A stretch of DNA of 64,000 nt from contig OZ251237.1 in the NCBI GenBank assembly GCA_965240325.2, positions 1,426,001 through 1,490,000 of the forward strand, given 5' to 3'. A model generated the notes under the pieces. It saw nothing but the letters and a program-made list of their open reading frames with translations. It was not told where the DNA came from and did no database searches. Positions 12,131-22,900 of the stretch are shown here, piece after piece. Numbering within the stretch: the first letter of the stretch is position 1; each line of letters opens with the position of its first letter. The position numbers and the translations under genes were made by a program. The stretch is from Rebecca billardiae RCC1528 (Eukaryota > Protista > Haptophyta).

Positions 12131-13244
12131 TAAATTCCCCTTAATTATATATATATAATTATAACGGGGCCGTCCGGGTGATCCGAGACCGTGCCCTCTG
12201 ACTGGCCCGGCCGAAGGTCGCTCCAGCCCTACCAAAGTACCCTGGCCAGCTCACCACGACACTCCACGGACCCTGTGACATGACTCACCAGACCCAGTCA
12301 CATATGAATGAGTGATCAATCAACACTCAATAATGACAGTTAGATCACTCGTTCGATCCGACTAAGAAGTCATTGATGCAGCACTAACAAAATACACTAC
12401 AGGGGTCTCAACAATTAAACGTCACATTCTGACTGAGCTGCACGCCACTGCTCACCCTGCCCCCCTGGGCTGATCCAGGCGGCCCCCACGGCCCGTGCAC
12501 GACGGTTTCGACCCAGCGCGTCAGCCCCAGCGCGCGTGGGCTGGAGTTGGGCACACCAGCAGGTCACACGGCTGCAGGCGTACAGCCTGTCGCAGCTGTC
12601 GCCAGATCCTGCCGCAGGCTTGTCGTCACTGGTCGCGGACTCGCGGGCAGTGTGCCCACACAGACCAGGCCTAAATTGTGCTTGGCAGTGGATCTGGTAC
12701 CCCCTAGGGAGGGCTGCATGCCACATGGGGGGGAGCTCATGGGATGCAGCTGCAGTGGCACAGTGCCCAATCCCGCGCCCCCACCTGCGCAAGGACCTGT
12801 CGGGTCAGCTCCCCTGCACTGGGAGGCCAGCAGCAGCACCCGCTGACACACCCCGAGGGTGGCCAGCCACCCGACTTGAGGGGGCTGGAGTGGGGCTGGT
12901 GCAGCCAAGAGCTCTGCAGCCTAGCTGCTGGTGGCTGGCCTGCATGGATTTTCAAGCTGACCACCCACTGCTGCCTGCCGCACCCCTCGCTGCACCCACC
13001 TGGGCTGCTGCACATGCGCACTCTGGATGGCACCACAGCCCAGCATGGAGAGCTGGCCAAGCAGCCACCCACTCGTCAGAATGGCCAGGGAGTGGGCGGT
13101 GCTAGACCACATCTAGCCAGGCAATCAAGTGCTCACATGCCTGTCCAGCGGCACAAACAGAGATACTGTTTTTAAATTCCCCTTTATAACGGGCTCCGGG
13201 TGATCAGACTGGCGGCCGAAGCCTCCAGCCCTACCCTGGCCAGC
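12131..13244. mobile_element. Segment bounded by degenerate direct repeats with CpG-poor interior (LTR/TRIM-like relic or old duplication)
   Basis: taaattcccc-tt-ataacggg-tccgggtgatc-gactggc-ggccgaag-ctccagccctacc-ctggccagc occurs at 12131-12250 (with insertions) and 13173-13244. Interior ~12650-13170 is visibly CG-poor and CA/TG-rich. Confidence 0.45.
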
Positions 13245-13484
13245 CCCCAACCAACCACCACCCTCACCCAACCTCAAACCACTGACCGATACACCGAGTG
13301 CCTTGACACCACTCGACAGCTACTGTAATTGTTGAGACCCCTGTATTCACCCCCCCCCCCTCCCGGCGCCCGGGCGGGCGCGCGCGGGGCGGCCCCGCCC
13401 GGTACGGCCCTTTGGCCTTTGCCCGCATCCAGTCAGTCAAGCTGGCGGTGCGCACCTTCCCGCAACCAATCAAGGACGCACGGA

Positions 13485-14664
13485 ATGGTGGCGTGCCTGC
13501 ACAGCGTCGCGCTCCTCACGCTGAGCTGGGCGAGCTCGCACCGCGGCCCGTCGCCCTTGAGCCACAGCCGCGTTGCGCAGGCTCGCCCAAGCAGCGCCTT
13601 CGCCTCCGCCGCCCTCAGCCCGCCCCGTTCGGTCTCGCTCGACGCGTGGCTCGAGGGCTTTCAGAACCAGACTCTCGCGAGCGCTGTTCGCTCCATCTTC
13701 ACATCGACGCGCATCATCGCGCACAAGATTCGAACTGCCTCGTGTGACTCGCAGTGCTGCTTCAACACGCTCGACGGCGGCGACGATGAGGAGGCGATCG
13801 ACTTGCTCGCCAACCAGGTCCGCGTGCGCGCGTGCAATCAGCCTAGTATTTCAGCTCTGCTCACGCGTGGCTGCCCTTCCCGCGCGTCGCGCACACGGGC
13901 AGGTGATGTTCGATGAGCTACGCGCCTCGGGTGCGGTTGCCACGGCGTCTTCCACCGAGGAGCCCTACGAAATCCCGCTCGATGGCGCAGGCTTTTCCGT
14001 GGCCTTCGATCCGCTCGACAGCACGTCCAGCGTCAACGTGAATTTTGCGGTGGGCAGCAGCTGGGGCGTGTGGCGCGGCGAGCGGCTGGTGAACGTGTCC
14101 GGACGTGACATGTGCGCCGCGGGGCTCATCACCTACGGCCCGCGCACTGCGATGATGGTCGCCACCGCCGAGCACGACCTTGTGCACGAGTTTGTGCTGA
14201 GCGACGCGAGCGGCAGCTGGGAGTGGCTCCAGTCGAACACATTCGTCGGCATGCGCGAGGACAACCCGCAGCAGCGGGCGGTGTTCGCGCCGGGCAACCT
14301 GCGCGCAACGCAGACCAACCCCGGGTACAAGGCGCTCGTCGACTACTACCTGCAGCAGCGCTACCACCTGCGGTACAGCGGAGGCATGGTGCCCGATGTG
14401 GCACAGCTGATCATCAAGGGGCTCGGCATCTTCGCGGCTGCGGACGGCGGGCACGAGTCGCGCGCGCGCCTCCGGCTGCTTTACGAGGTGGCGCCGGCCG
14501 CGTACGTCATCGAGAAGGCGGGCGGTGCGTCGAGCGACGGTGCGCAGAGCATCCTCGACCTGACGGTACGGCACACAGACCAGCGCGTGCAGGCAGCCAT
14601 GGGCTCAGCGGGCGAGGTCTCTCGCTTTGAGTCGTTGGTTGGTCCAGGCCGGGAGCGGCGTTGA
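13485..14664 (+). CDS. SBP: Sedoheptulose-1,7-bisphosphatase-like protein, plastid precursor (divergent active site)
   Basis: Signal + Ser/Arg transit region; KIRTASC..CFN, FSVAFDPLD, YGPRT, FAPGNLRAT, LRYSGGMVPDV, LRLLYEVAP, AGGASSDG. Exons 13485-13817 and 13903-14664. Confidence 0.9.
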
Positions 14665-15591
14665 GTGCGCGCGAGTGCGCGCTATGCGCGACCTGGCGCG
14701 AGCGGCGATGGTCGAGCTGCCTCGCGCTAGAGCGGCTCCGTGGCGGCAATACGCGGCCTGCGTGGTCGGTATCTGGCCGCAACCATCGTCGTCAGCAACT
14801 TCGACAACAATTATCATATGCCACTGTGCAGCGTCCGTCAGGTGGCCCACCCCGCGGCCCCGGGCTGCCGCCGGCGGGCCGTCGGATTGCTGTGCTGTTC
14901 AATTTCTGCTATATTATTTCATCATCATGATGACATCCCTGTCGTCCTGACGATGATGATGATCGATATCGGCGGACTGCGCAGATCGACCGTCTCGGGC
15001 AGTGACAGCAGTCCGACCGTCTGGCAGTGGCCGTCACGGCCAGCGCACGAGATTCGGACCGAATCCGTGCGCGGGCTTATATCACTTATCAGTAATCAGA
15101 CCGGCGCTCATTAAGGCCCAGGGGCTGACTCAGGGCGTCAGGCGACCGGCGCGCCACTGCCACTGGCCACTGCGCCAGGGCAGGCAGGCTCGGGCCGAGG
15201 GCAGGCATTATTGTGATGACAGATATGTATCGGCGTTAATCGTAGCGACTAGCCGACGCCGTGGCACGCGGATCCAACGATTGCATTAAAGTACTCCGAT
15301 TACTTGGGGTACCCCAATATGTAAGTAAGTTACTGGCTTATCAGAGTTCGGGTCTGAAATGCCGTTTTCGATTCTCACGTCCACAAAAATTGCCTCCCTT
15401 CCCACCCGGCATTCGGCAATCGTTGTGGTGCTGCGCCAGCAGACAGATGATGATGATGATTGATCGGACTGCTGACCGTATACGCCAGTAGGAGTACGAA
15501 TAAATGACTACACCGCTGCTGGCGACACCAGGCAGCAGGCGGACCGTGGCCCGTGCAGCGGGCGGGCGCCACCGTGCCGTTCGCAATAACG

Positions 15592-15593
<2 letters not shown>

Positions 15594-15633
<40 letters not shown>
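15594..15633. repeat. (CT)n microsatellite
   Basis: About 20 CT units. Confidence 0.95.
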
Positions 15634-15636
<3 letters not shown>

Positions 15637-16025
15637 AGCCGTTAATAAGTGTTAAGCGTGCCGGTGCGCGTGGCGCCGCGCCAGCCCTCGGGCTCGGCAG
15701 TCCGGACGGCGCGGGCAACAGCCGGCGCTCTTAGTCTGCTGCGGCAGCTCATCTGACGCGGACATAGTCGTCACTGGCCAAGCGCCCACGTCCGAGGCCG
15801 CTAGGGGACGATGCCTTGAATCGTGGGAGCGATGCATTGTGAGTAATGTCACTGCCATCGTTTGCCCAGACGGTAGAGTGCTGGTGGACCTGATGCACGC
15901 AGCTCATGTTGTTGTGGAAGGCTGGTCTGGAACTGGATCGCGAGCGGGGACTGTGAACGCGTGCTGCCAGTTGTACAGCCAGGGCCCAACGACGGCACGT
16001 ATTGGGCCGCATGATGCCAGTGCAC

Positions 16026-16436
16026 TCACCTAGCCTTTGGCCCCATGTCATCGAGATTTGGGCCCGACACACGAATGCCCCCAAAGATGGCTTTGAAGTC
16101 TTCATCGCCGAGCTCCTTTCGCATCTTGAACATGAGCATGAACTCGTCCATCTCCTCAACATGCTCGCTGCTTACGTTGAACATGCGCGTGGCCTCGAGC
16201 CCATCTGGGTCGATTTCGCTCTGGAACAGCTGCGCGAGATACTCATCAAGATCGGGCCGCATGGCGTCTGAGAGACGCACTGCCGCGAGCCTGCTCGTTG
16301 CCGCCGCGGCTCGGCGCCCTGTGATGCCGTGCGACGGCCAAGCACGGGCCAGCCGGAAGCCGTCAGCGTGAGCGAGCAACGCGCACACGACGGAGAAGGC
16401 CGCGATGATCGACGTCAGCCTTGTGGCGCCCATCAT
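16026..16436 (-). CDS. Small putative plastid-targeted protein of unknown function
   Basis: Hydrophobic signal peptide ending AHADG-F, Arg/Ala transit peptide, acidic mature part ending MRKELGDEDFKAIFGG. The stop overlaps a GTGAGT donor, so a further exon is possible. Confidence 0.7.
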   Translation of the reverse strand: MMGATRLTSIIAAFSVVCALLAHADGFRLARAWPSHGITGRRAAAATSRLAAVRLSDAMRPDLDEYLAQLFQSEIDPDGLEATRMFNVSSEHVEEMDEFMLMFKMRKELGDEDFKAIFGGIRVSGPNLDDMGPKAR

Positions 16437-16950
16437 TGCGGACGTCCACTGACGAAAGATTGGAGTCCACATCCAGTCATCATCAGCCTGGAACGAAGTT
16501 GAAAGTGTTGACTGAAGCAAGGCCCTTGACTGAAGGCCAATTCGCGACCACTGGGATGAAGCAACTACGGTCCTAGCAAGGGCCGACTGGTGACTCAGAC
16601 TCAGTGTCAGTGCTGACCTTGTGACTTTCGCTCGCCCGCTCGGTCATCTCGTGGTGAGACTGGTAGTGTATAACGAGACCCAGGCAGCCGCAGGTGCGAG
16701 CAGCGAGGGCGCCCGCAAGTGAGTAGCTTAGTGACCGTCGTGCCGCGCGGGCGTGCGCGGCGCCCGATCCGGGGCTGCGGGAAAATCCAACTCAGACAGA
16801 GTAGACAGACTGTCCGCCGCAAGAACCGTCCCGTATAAGAAGAAGAAGAAGTTCGCGATGAGAGAGAGGGGGGGGGGAGAGAGAGCGAGCAAGCGAGCGA
16901 GCGAGCGAGAGAGAGAGAGAGAGAGATGGCGCTCATCATTATTCTCGGAC

Positions 16951-19900
16951 TTATTCTGCGCCTGCTGTGTCGTCGCGCTTGGCGGCGGCCGCCACCAGCT
17001 TCAACTCGATGTCGCTCACGGCGGCGACCGGCTTGCGGAAGGTGACCTCGTACAGGCGCTCGACCACGCGTGCGCCCTCGTCGTGCTCGCGCAGCAGATC
17101 GCTCAGCTGAGGTCGCCGGCGCGGTTGGCGGTGGTGGGTGCGCGCGGGGGTGAGGGCGCGAGATCGCCGCGTGGGAGCGCTTGACGAGCCAACGCGGGCG
17201 CGCCGACGCGGCGGAGGCGCGTGCGAGCATCTGGCGGGCGCGCGCGCGCCGCGGTCACGCACCCGCTTCTGCACCGACGCGACGCCCTTCGCGGCAAAGT
17301 CGGCCGCGTCGGTGGCCCACGTGCTCAGCGCGGGCTGGACGGCGCGCACCGCGTGCGCGTGCCAGCCGTAGTGCGCCTCCGCGTAGTCAAACAGAGCGCC
17401 CCACAGCTCGGGCAGCTCGTCAGCAAGCACCGCGCCCTTCTCGCGCTCGAGCCGCAGCGCGTGGTCTACGGTGGCCTTGAGGCGCGCGACCGCGCTCGCC
17501 TCGGTGCGCACCCACGTGTCGGCCGTGCGGATCTTGCGCAGCAGGGCCTCGCGCGCGCGGATCGCCGCGGCCGCGCGCTCGAGCCTCGAGCTCTCGACGT
17601 CGATGGCCGCGGCGGCGAGCTGCTCGTCCGAGCGGTGCGCGCGGCCGGAGCCCGGGTGGCCGCCGCGCGACGCGAGCAGAGTCTGCAGCACCGGCGCCGC
17701 TCCCGCCTCCTCGCGCGCCGCGTCGTCGAGCGGCGTGCGCCCGAAGCGATCTTCGGCGTTGATCGAGATCTCGGGGACGGAGATGAGGAAGTTGCACGCG
17801 TTCACGTGCTGGCACGACGCGGCGAGGTGGAGCGCGGTGCGGCCGTGCGCGTCGGCCGCGTTCACGGAGCAGCGGAAGCGGATCAGCCTCTCGAGGTGGC
17901 TCACGTCGTTAGCGGCGGCGGCGCGGCACAGGTGGCGCGCCGCGTCGAACTCGCCGAGCCGCGCGCCGCGCTCGAGGAGGAGCGCGCCGGTCGCGTCCTG
18001 CCGCGCCATCATCGCGTCGCGCAGCGGCGTCGCGCCCGAGCGGTCGGCGGCGTTCACCTCGGCCTTGTGCTCGAGCAGCAGCCGGACGGCGGGCGCGTGC
18101 CCAACCGCGGCGGCGAGGTGCAGCGCCGTGCGCTGCTCCGCGTTCTGCGCGCTCACGTCGCCGCCGAACTGCGCGAGGCGGCGCAGCGTGGGCAGGCCGT
18201 CCTCGGCGTGCGCGGCGCACAGCAGCGCCTCCGCCTGCGAGCGCGAGCCGTGCGTGCCGCCGTGCCGCGCGAGCAGCTCGGCGGCGGCGCCGTGCTCGCA
18301 CGCGAGCGCGTCGGCGAGTGGCGTCGCGCCGCGCCGGTCCTCCACGTTGGCGCTGGCCTTGGCCGCGAGCAGCAGCTCGACGACGCGCGCGTTGCCGCCG
18401 CAGGCGGCGAGGTGCAGCGCGGTCCTGCCGTCAAAGTCGGCGTAGTCCACGTCCGCCTGCGCCTGGTGCAGCAGCCGGCTCACCTTCTCCAGGTCGCCCT
18501 TGGCGCACGCAGAGCACAGCCGCGAGTGGTACAGCTCACGCCGCTTGCGCTTGGCGATGGTGACAATCTGAGCGCACGGCGCGGCGCGCGCGGCACAGGC
18601 GGAGAAGGGGGTGCCGGCCGCGGCGGCGGGAGGCGAAGGAAGGGGCGGTCGAGGGGCGCGGCCGCGGCGGCGGCGCGTGGCGTGAGTGCGCAGCGCGCTC
18701 GGCGTGCGCGGTGCGGGCACGCGCGCCGCCCCCGCACTCCACTACGCCGCGGCGCGCGGCGCGCGGCGCGCGGCGCGCGCGCGGTGCAGCGCGCGCGCTC
18801 GCATCGCGCGGCCGCGCACATTCTGCACAGAGCGCATGTCCTCGTCCTTGATCGACGTGACGTCGGAGCGCGCGTCGGAGTCCGCCGAGAGCGCGGAGCG
18901 GCCAGACGACGATCGCCCCGAGTGGCTCCCGCTGAACACGGACGGGGCCGAGCCGCCGGACCTCCCGGACTCGGAGGCGCCGTCGCCCGCCGCGGACGAG
19001 ATCGACGAGCGCCGGCCGGACATGGCTGAGCGCGCCGAGCGCGCCGTCGCGACACCTGCGGGGCGCGCGGCCGCCGGCAGGGCGGGGGCGTGCGCGCGGC
19101 AGGGCGCGGCGCAGCGGCGCGGCGGCGCGCGGCAGGGCGGCGCCCGTGAGCGCACGCCACGCCGACTGCACTCGCCATCTTTGCCCGGGAAGCGTTGGGC
19201 CCAACCAGGCGTGGCTCGGCGCCACGCCACGCCGCGCCGCGCGGCGCCGCGCGGCGCGGTGCGGCGCGGTGCGCACCTTCGTACTGCCGCATCGCGTTGT
19301 CCATCACCACGTCCTCCTGCGAGGGGAAGAGCTTGAGCAGCTCGCGGTACCGCTCGCGCGTGAGCGAGAAGACGAGCGCGTGGCCGCCCTTGGACACGCG
19401 CGCGTTGGTGATGTACCGGATGCCGAACACAAACTGCATGGGACCGCGCGCGGGGCGCCGTGCGCGCGCGCGGGCGTGGCCCAGAGACGCGCGGGAGCGG
19501 AGGCGGGTGGGACGAAGGGGCAGCCACCGTGGCACGGCGGCGCATCGTCTCAGCGTGGCCGGAGCGCGGAGGGTCACGCGGCGCGCGTGCGGCCTGGCGC
19601 GGCCGCCTGACGACGCCCCGCTGCGCCGAGGCAAGCCAGCAGCAGCACTGAGCGCGCGCGCTGTCGGCGCGCGCGCCGCGGATCGCAGATCGCCCATCCC
19701 GCCCGCGCCGCCGCGCGCGGCTGCGGCTGCTGCGGCTGCTGCGGCTGCGCACCTGCACGTCCCCGACCGTCTCCCCGGGCCCGATCTCCTCGAACGCGTC
19801 CGCCGCGTCGTTGAGCGCGCCGCCCTCCTCCTCCGCGTCGCCGTACGCCTCGACGGTGCCGTGCGCGACGAAGAGGAGCTCCTTGCAAGCCTCGGCCACG

Positions 19901-22900
19901 CGGAAGATGACCGTCTCCGCCTCGATCTCGCGCTCGAGCAGCATGGAGGACAGCCGGTTGAGGAAGCCGTCGGAGCAGCCGCGGAGGAGGGAGGCGCCGC
20001 CGACGAGCGCGCGGTTCGTGTGCGCCGCCACCTCCATCTGCAGCGCGCTCGGCAGCCCCGCGTAGATCTCCTCGTTGGTCACGTTTGAGAGGGAGGCGGA
20101 TTGCAGCCGCGTGATGAAGTACTTGCGCAGTCGCACCTTCAGCTCGGCGGGGACGTCGATGTGCTGGATGTACGAGTTGGCGAGCTCGAGCTTGGCGCGC
20201 TTGGCGACCACCTCGTCGTCCTGCTTCATCACCACGCCCGAGATCCCGCCCACCGTCCACGCGTACACCGTCATGTTGAGCACCATCATGAACACGTAGA
20301 AGACAAACTCGCCGTAGTTGGCCGGCAGCTGCGCAGCGCCGAGCGTCGTCATCATCGAGACCACAAAGAAGAACGAGACGATGTAGTGGTCGAACATCTC
20401 GGCCTCGTGCGAGGCGTACTGCGCGGCGTACCCGCCTACCGCCTTGTTCTGCGGGGACACGTGTGCCGCGTGCGAGCGCAGCGGCGGCGGCAGGAGCGGG
20501 CGGCGCGCGTCGGCGGCTCAGCGCGGCGCGGCAGGCGCTCTCGCGCACGCCGGTGGCACGGGCGAGGGCGCGACGCCGCCACGGCGCGGGCGCAGCACCT
20601 GCACGGCGTACTCGTCCGACCAGGTGAGCGCGGTGAACGAGTGCGCGAGCTCCGAGTAGCCGAAGACGTTCCACACGCAGCTGCACAGGTGCATCGTGAC
20701 GAGCAGCACGGAGATGAACTTGAGCAGCCCGGCGCGCAGGTCATCGTCACTCACCGACGCGTCCCACCGCTTGTACGCCTGCGCCCACACGGCCGGCCGG
20801 GCGGGAGGGCGGGCGGGGCGAGGCGCGCGCCGGGTGGGCGGGCGGAAGGGCGGGAGGGGCGAGGGGCGCGCCGGGTGCACGCGGGGCGCACCTTCCACAC
20901 ATGCTTCAGCTGCGCGAGCCGCACGATCCTCAGCCCGATCACGACGGCGTGCTCCGCTCCGAGCAGCAGCGCAAAGACGTCGTGCGGCCACGACGCAAAC
21001 GCGTCGAGCGCAAAGTCGGTGTTGAGGTAGTGCCGCCGGATCTCGCGCGGGTCGAAGACCTCGCGCGAGCGCTCGTTCACGTGCGTGACGTGGAACATGA
21101 GCAGCACGCGCAGGATGTACACCACGTCGAAGCCGAGGTTGATGTCGGTGAGCCAGTGCATGTGCACAGTCTGCTCGATGAAGGACAGCTGCAGCGGGAT
21201 GATCAGAAAGTCAAAGACCACCTGGAAGAGGAACCAGCGGTGGCACGCGGCGTAGAAGGCGGAGCGGATCGAGACGATGTACCACGGCTTCTCGCCGATC
21301 TCGCGCGCCGTCGCCGCGCCGTCGCCACCGCCGCCCAGCCCGAGGCTGACGAGCATGCCCGCTGCGCCGCGATCGGTGCCGTCAGCTGATGCGCCGCCGC
21401 GCGCGCCCTTCTGCTGCCGGAGCTCGGCCGCTGCCTGGCCGAGCGCGCTCGCGAGCCGCTGCCACGTGACCCGGTCGTCCTCGTCCTCCACCAACGACAT
21501 GGCCGCCGCGGCCGCGGCGGCCGCCGCCTTGCCGCCGTCACCGCCCGCGCCCGCCAAGCCGGCGCCGGCGCGGCGCGCGCCATCGATCTCCAGGCCGAGA
21601 TAGTCCGACGCCCACGCGCGCACGTGCGCCGCGCGCGCGCCTGGCGGCAGCACGACCACGGTCTCGATCAGCGCGAGCAGCGCCGAAGCGCGCACCTCGT
21701 CCGTCGCGCGGAGCCGCCGCGTGTCGAGCCGCTGGTGGATCGCGTCGCCGATCGCGCTGTACGCCGCCGCAGAGACGAGCGCAGACCGCACCGCCTCGGC
21801 GACGCGCGCCGCGTCGGCGGCGGCCTGGATGCCGCTGGCGCTGAGCTGGGCGGCGTCGGCGTCCGAGCCCGCATGCGCGGCCGCGGCGCCGGGCGCGGGC
21901 TTGCGAGCGCCTCCAAGCGCCAGTCGCAGCTCGGGGCTCGCCCCGCTGCCCCCGTTGCCCACGCCCGCCTCGGAGCCGCCGTCGTCCGAGCCGCCGCCGC
22001 CGTCGGCCTCGGACGAAAGCAGGATCCACGAGGTGACGCCGACGAAGAACTGCACCTCCGTCATCTGCTTGAGCCCCTTGCGCGGCGCGTCCGCGGCCTC
22101 CGCCCACGAGGTGCGCTCGTTCGCGCCTGACATGCGATCCGCGAGCGACTCGCGCGCGCCGGACCGGCGCCACGCGCGCGAGTCGCGCGCGCCGCCCGCC
22201 GCGGCCGCGGCGGGCGCGGCGGCGGGCGGCGCGGCCACGTCGTCGTCCCACGCCACCTGGAGCCCCAGCGTGCCGGGCTTGACCCCGGACTTGCGCCGGT
22301 ACTGCTCCGCGCCCGCGGGCAGCCCGAGCGAGCCGGAGGCCAGCGGCAGCGGCGCGGCAGCTGGGGCGGCGGAGACGGCGCTGGGCCGCTCGGCCGCGGC
22401 GTTGTCGACAAACATCGGTCCCTCAGACTCGGCGCCGCCCACGTTGCTGGCGACGTCGTCGCCGGCCTCCGCAGGCGCATCGGCCGACGCGGGCGGCGCC
22501 GGCGCGACGTTGGCCCTGCGCGCCGTGTCGGCGACGGCGGGGGGGCGCTCCGCGACGTGCTCGCCCGCCGTGTCGGCGCCGAGTGGCCCATCGTTGAGCT
22601 CGGACGAGCCCGCGCCCGCGCTCTCGCGGCCATCGCCACGCCGGCGCGCCTGCGGGCTCCCGCGCCGCCGCCCCGCCGGCGAGCCAAACTGCCGATCCTG
22701 CGCGCTCGGCGCAAAGGCGCGCGAGGCCTCGAGCAGGTGCGAGACGAACGAGCGGATCTCCGCGGAGCCCATCTCGCCGAGCGAGCCTGCGCGCGCGCGC
22801 GCACGGCGTGGGCATGGCACGCGCGAGCGCACGCGCGCGTGGCGACGTGAGCAATCGCGCTCGCGCGCGCGCGCGCGCGCGCCGCGGTCCGCGCGAGCAC

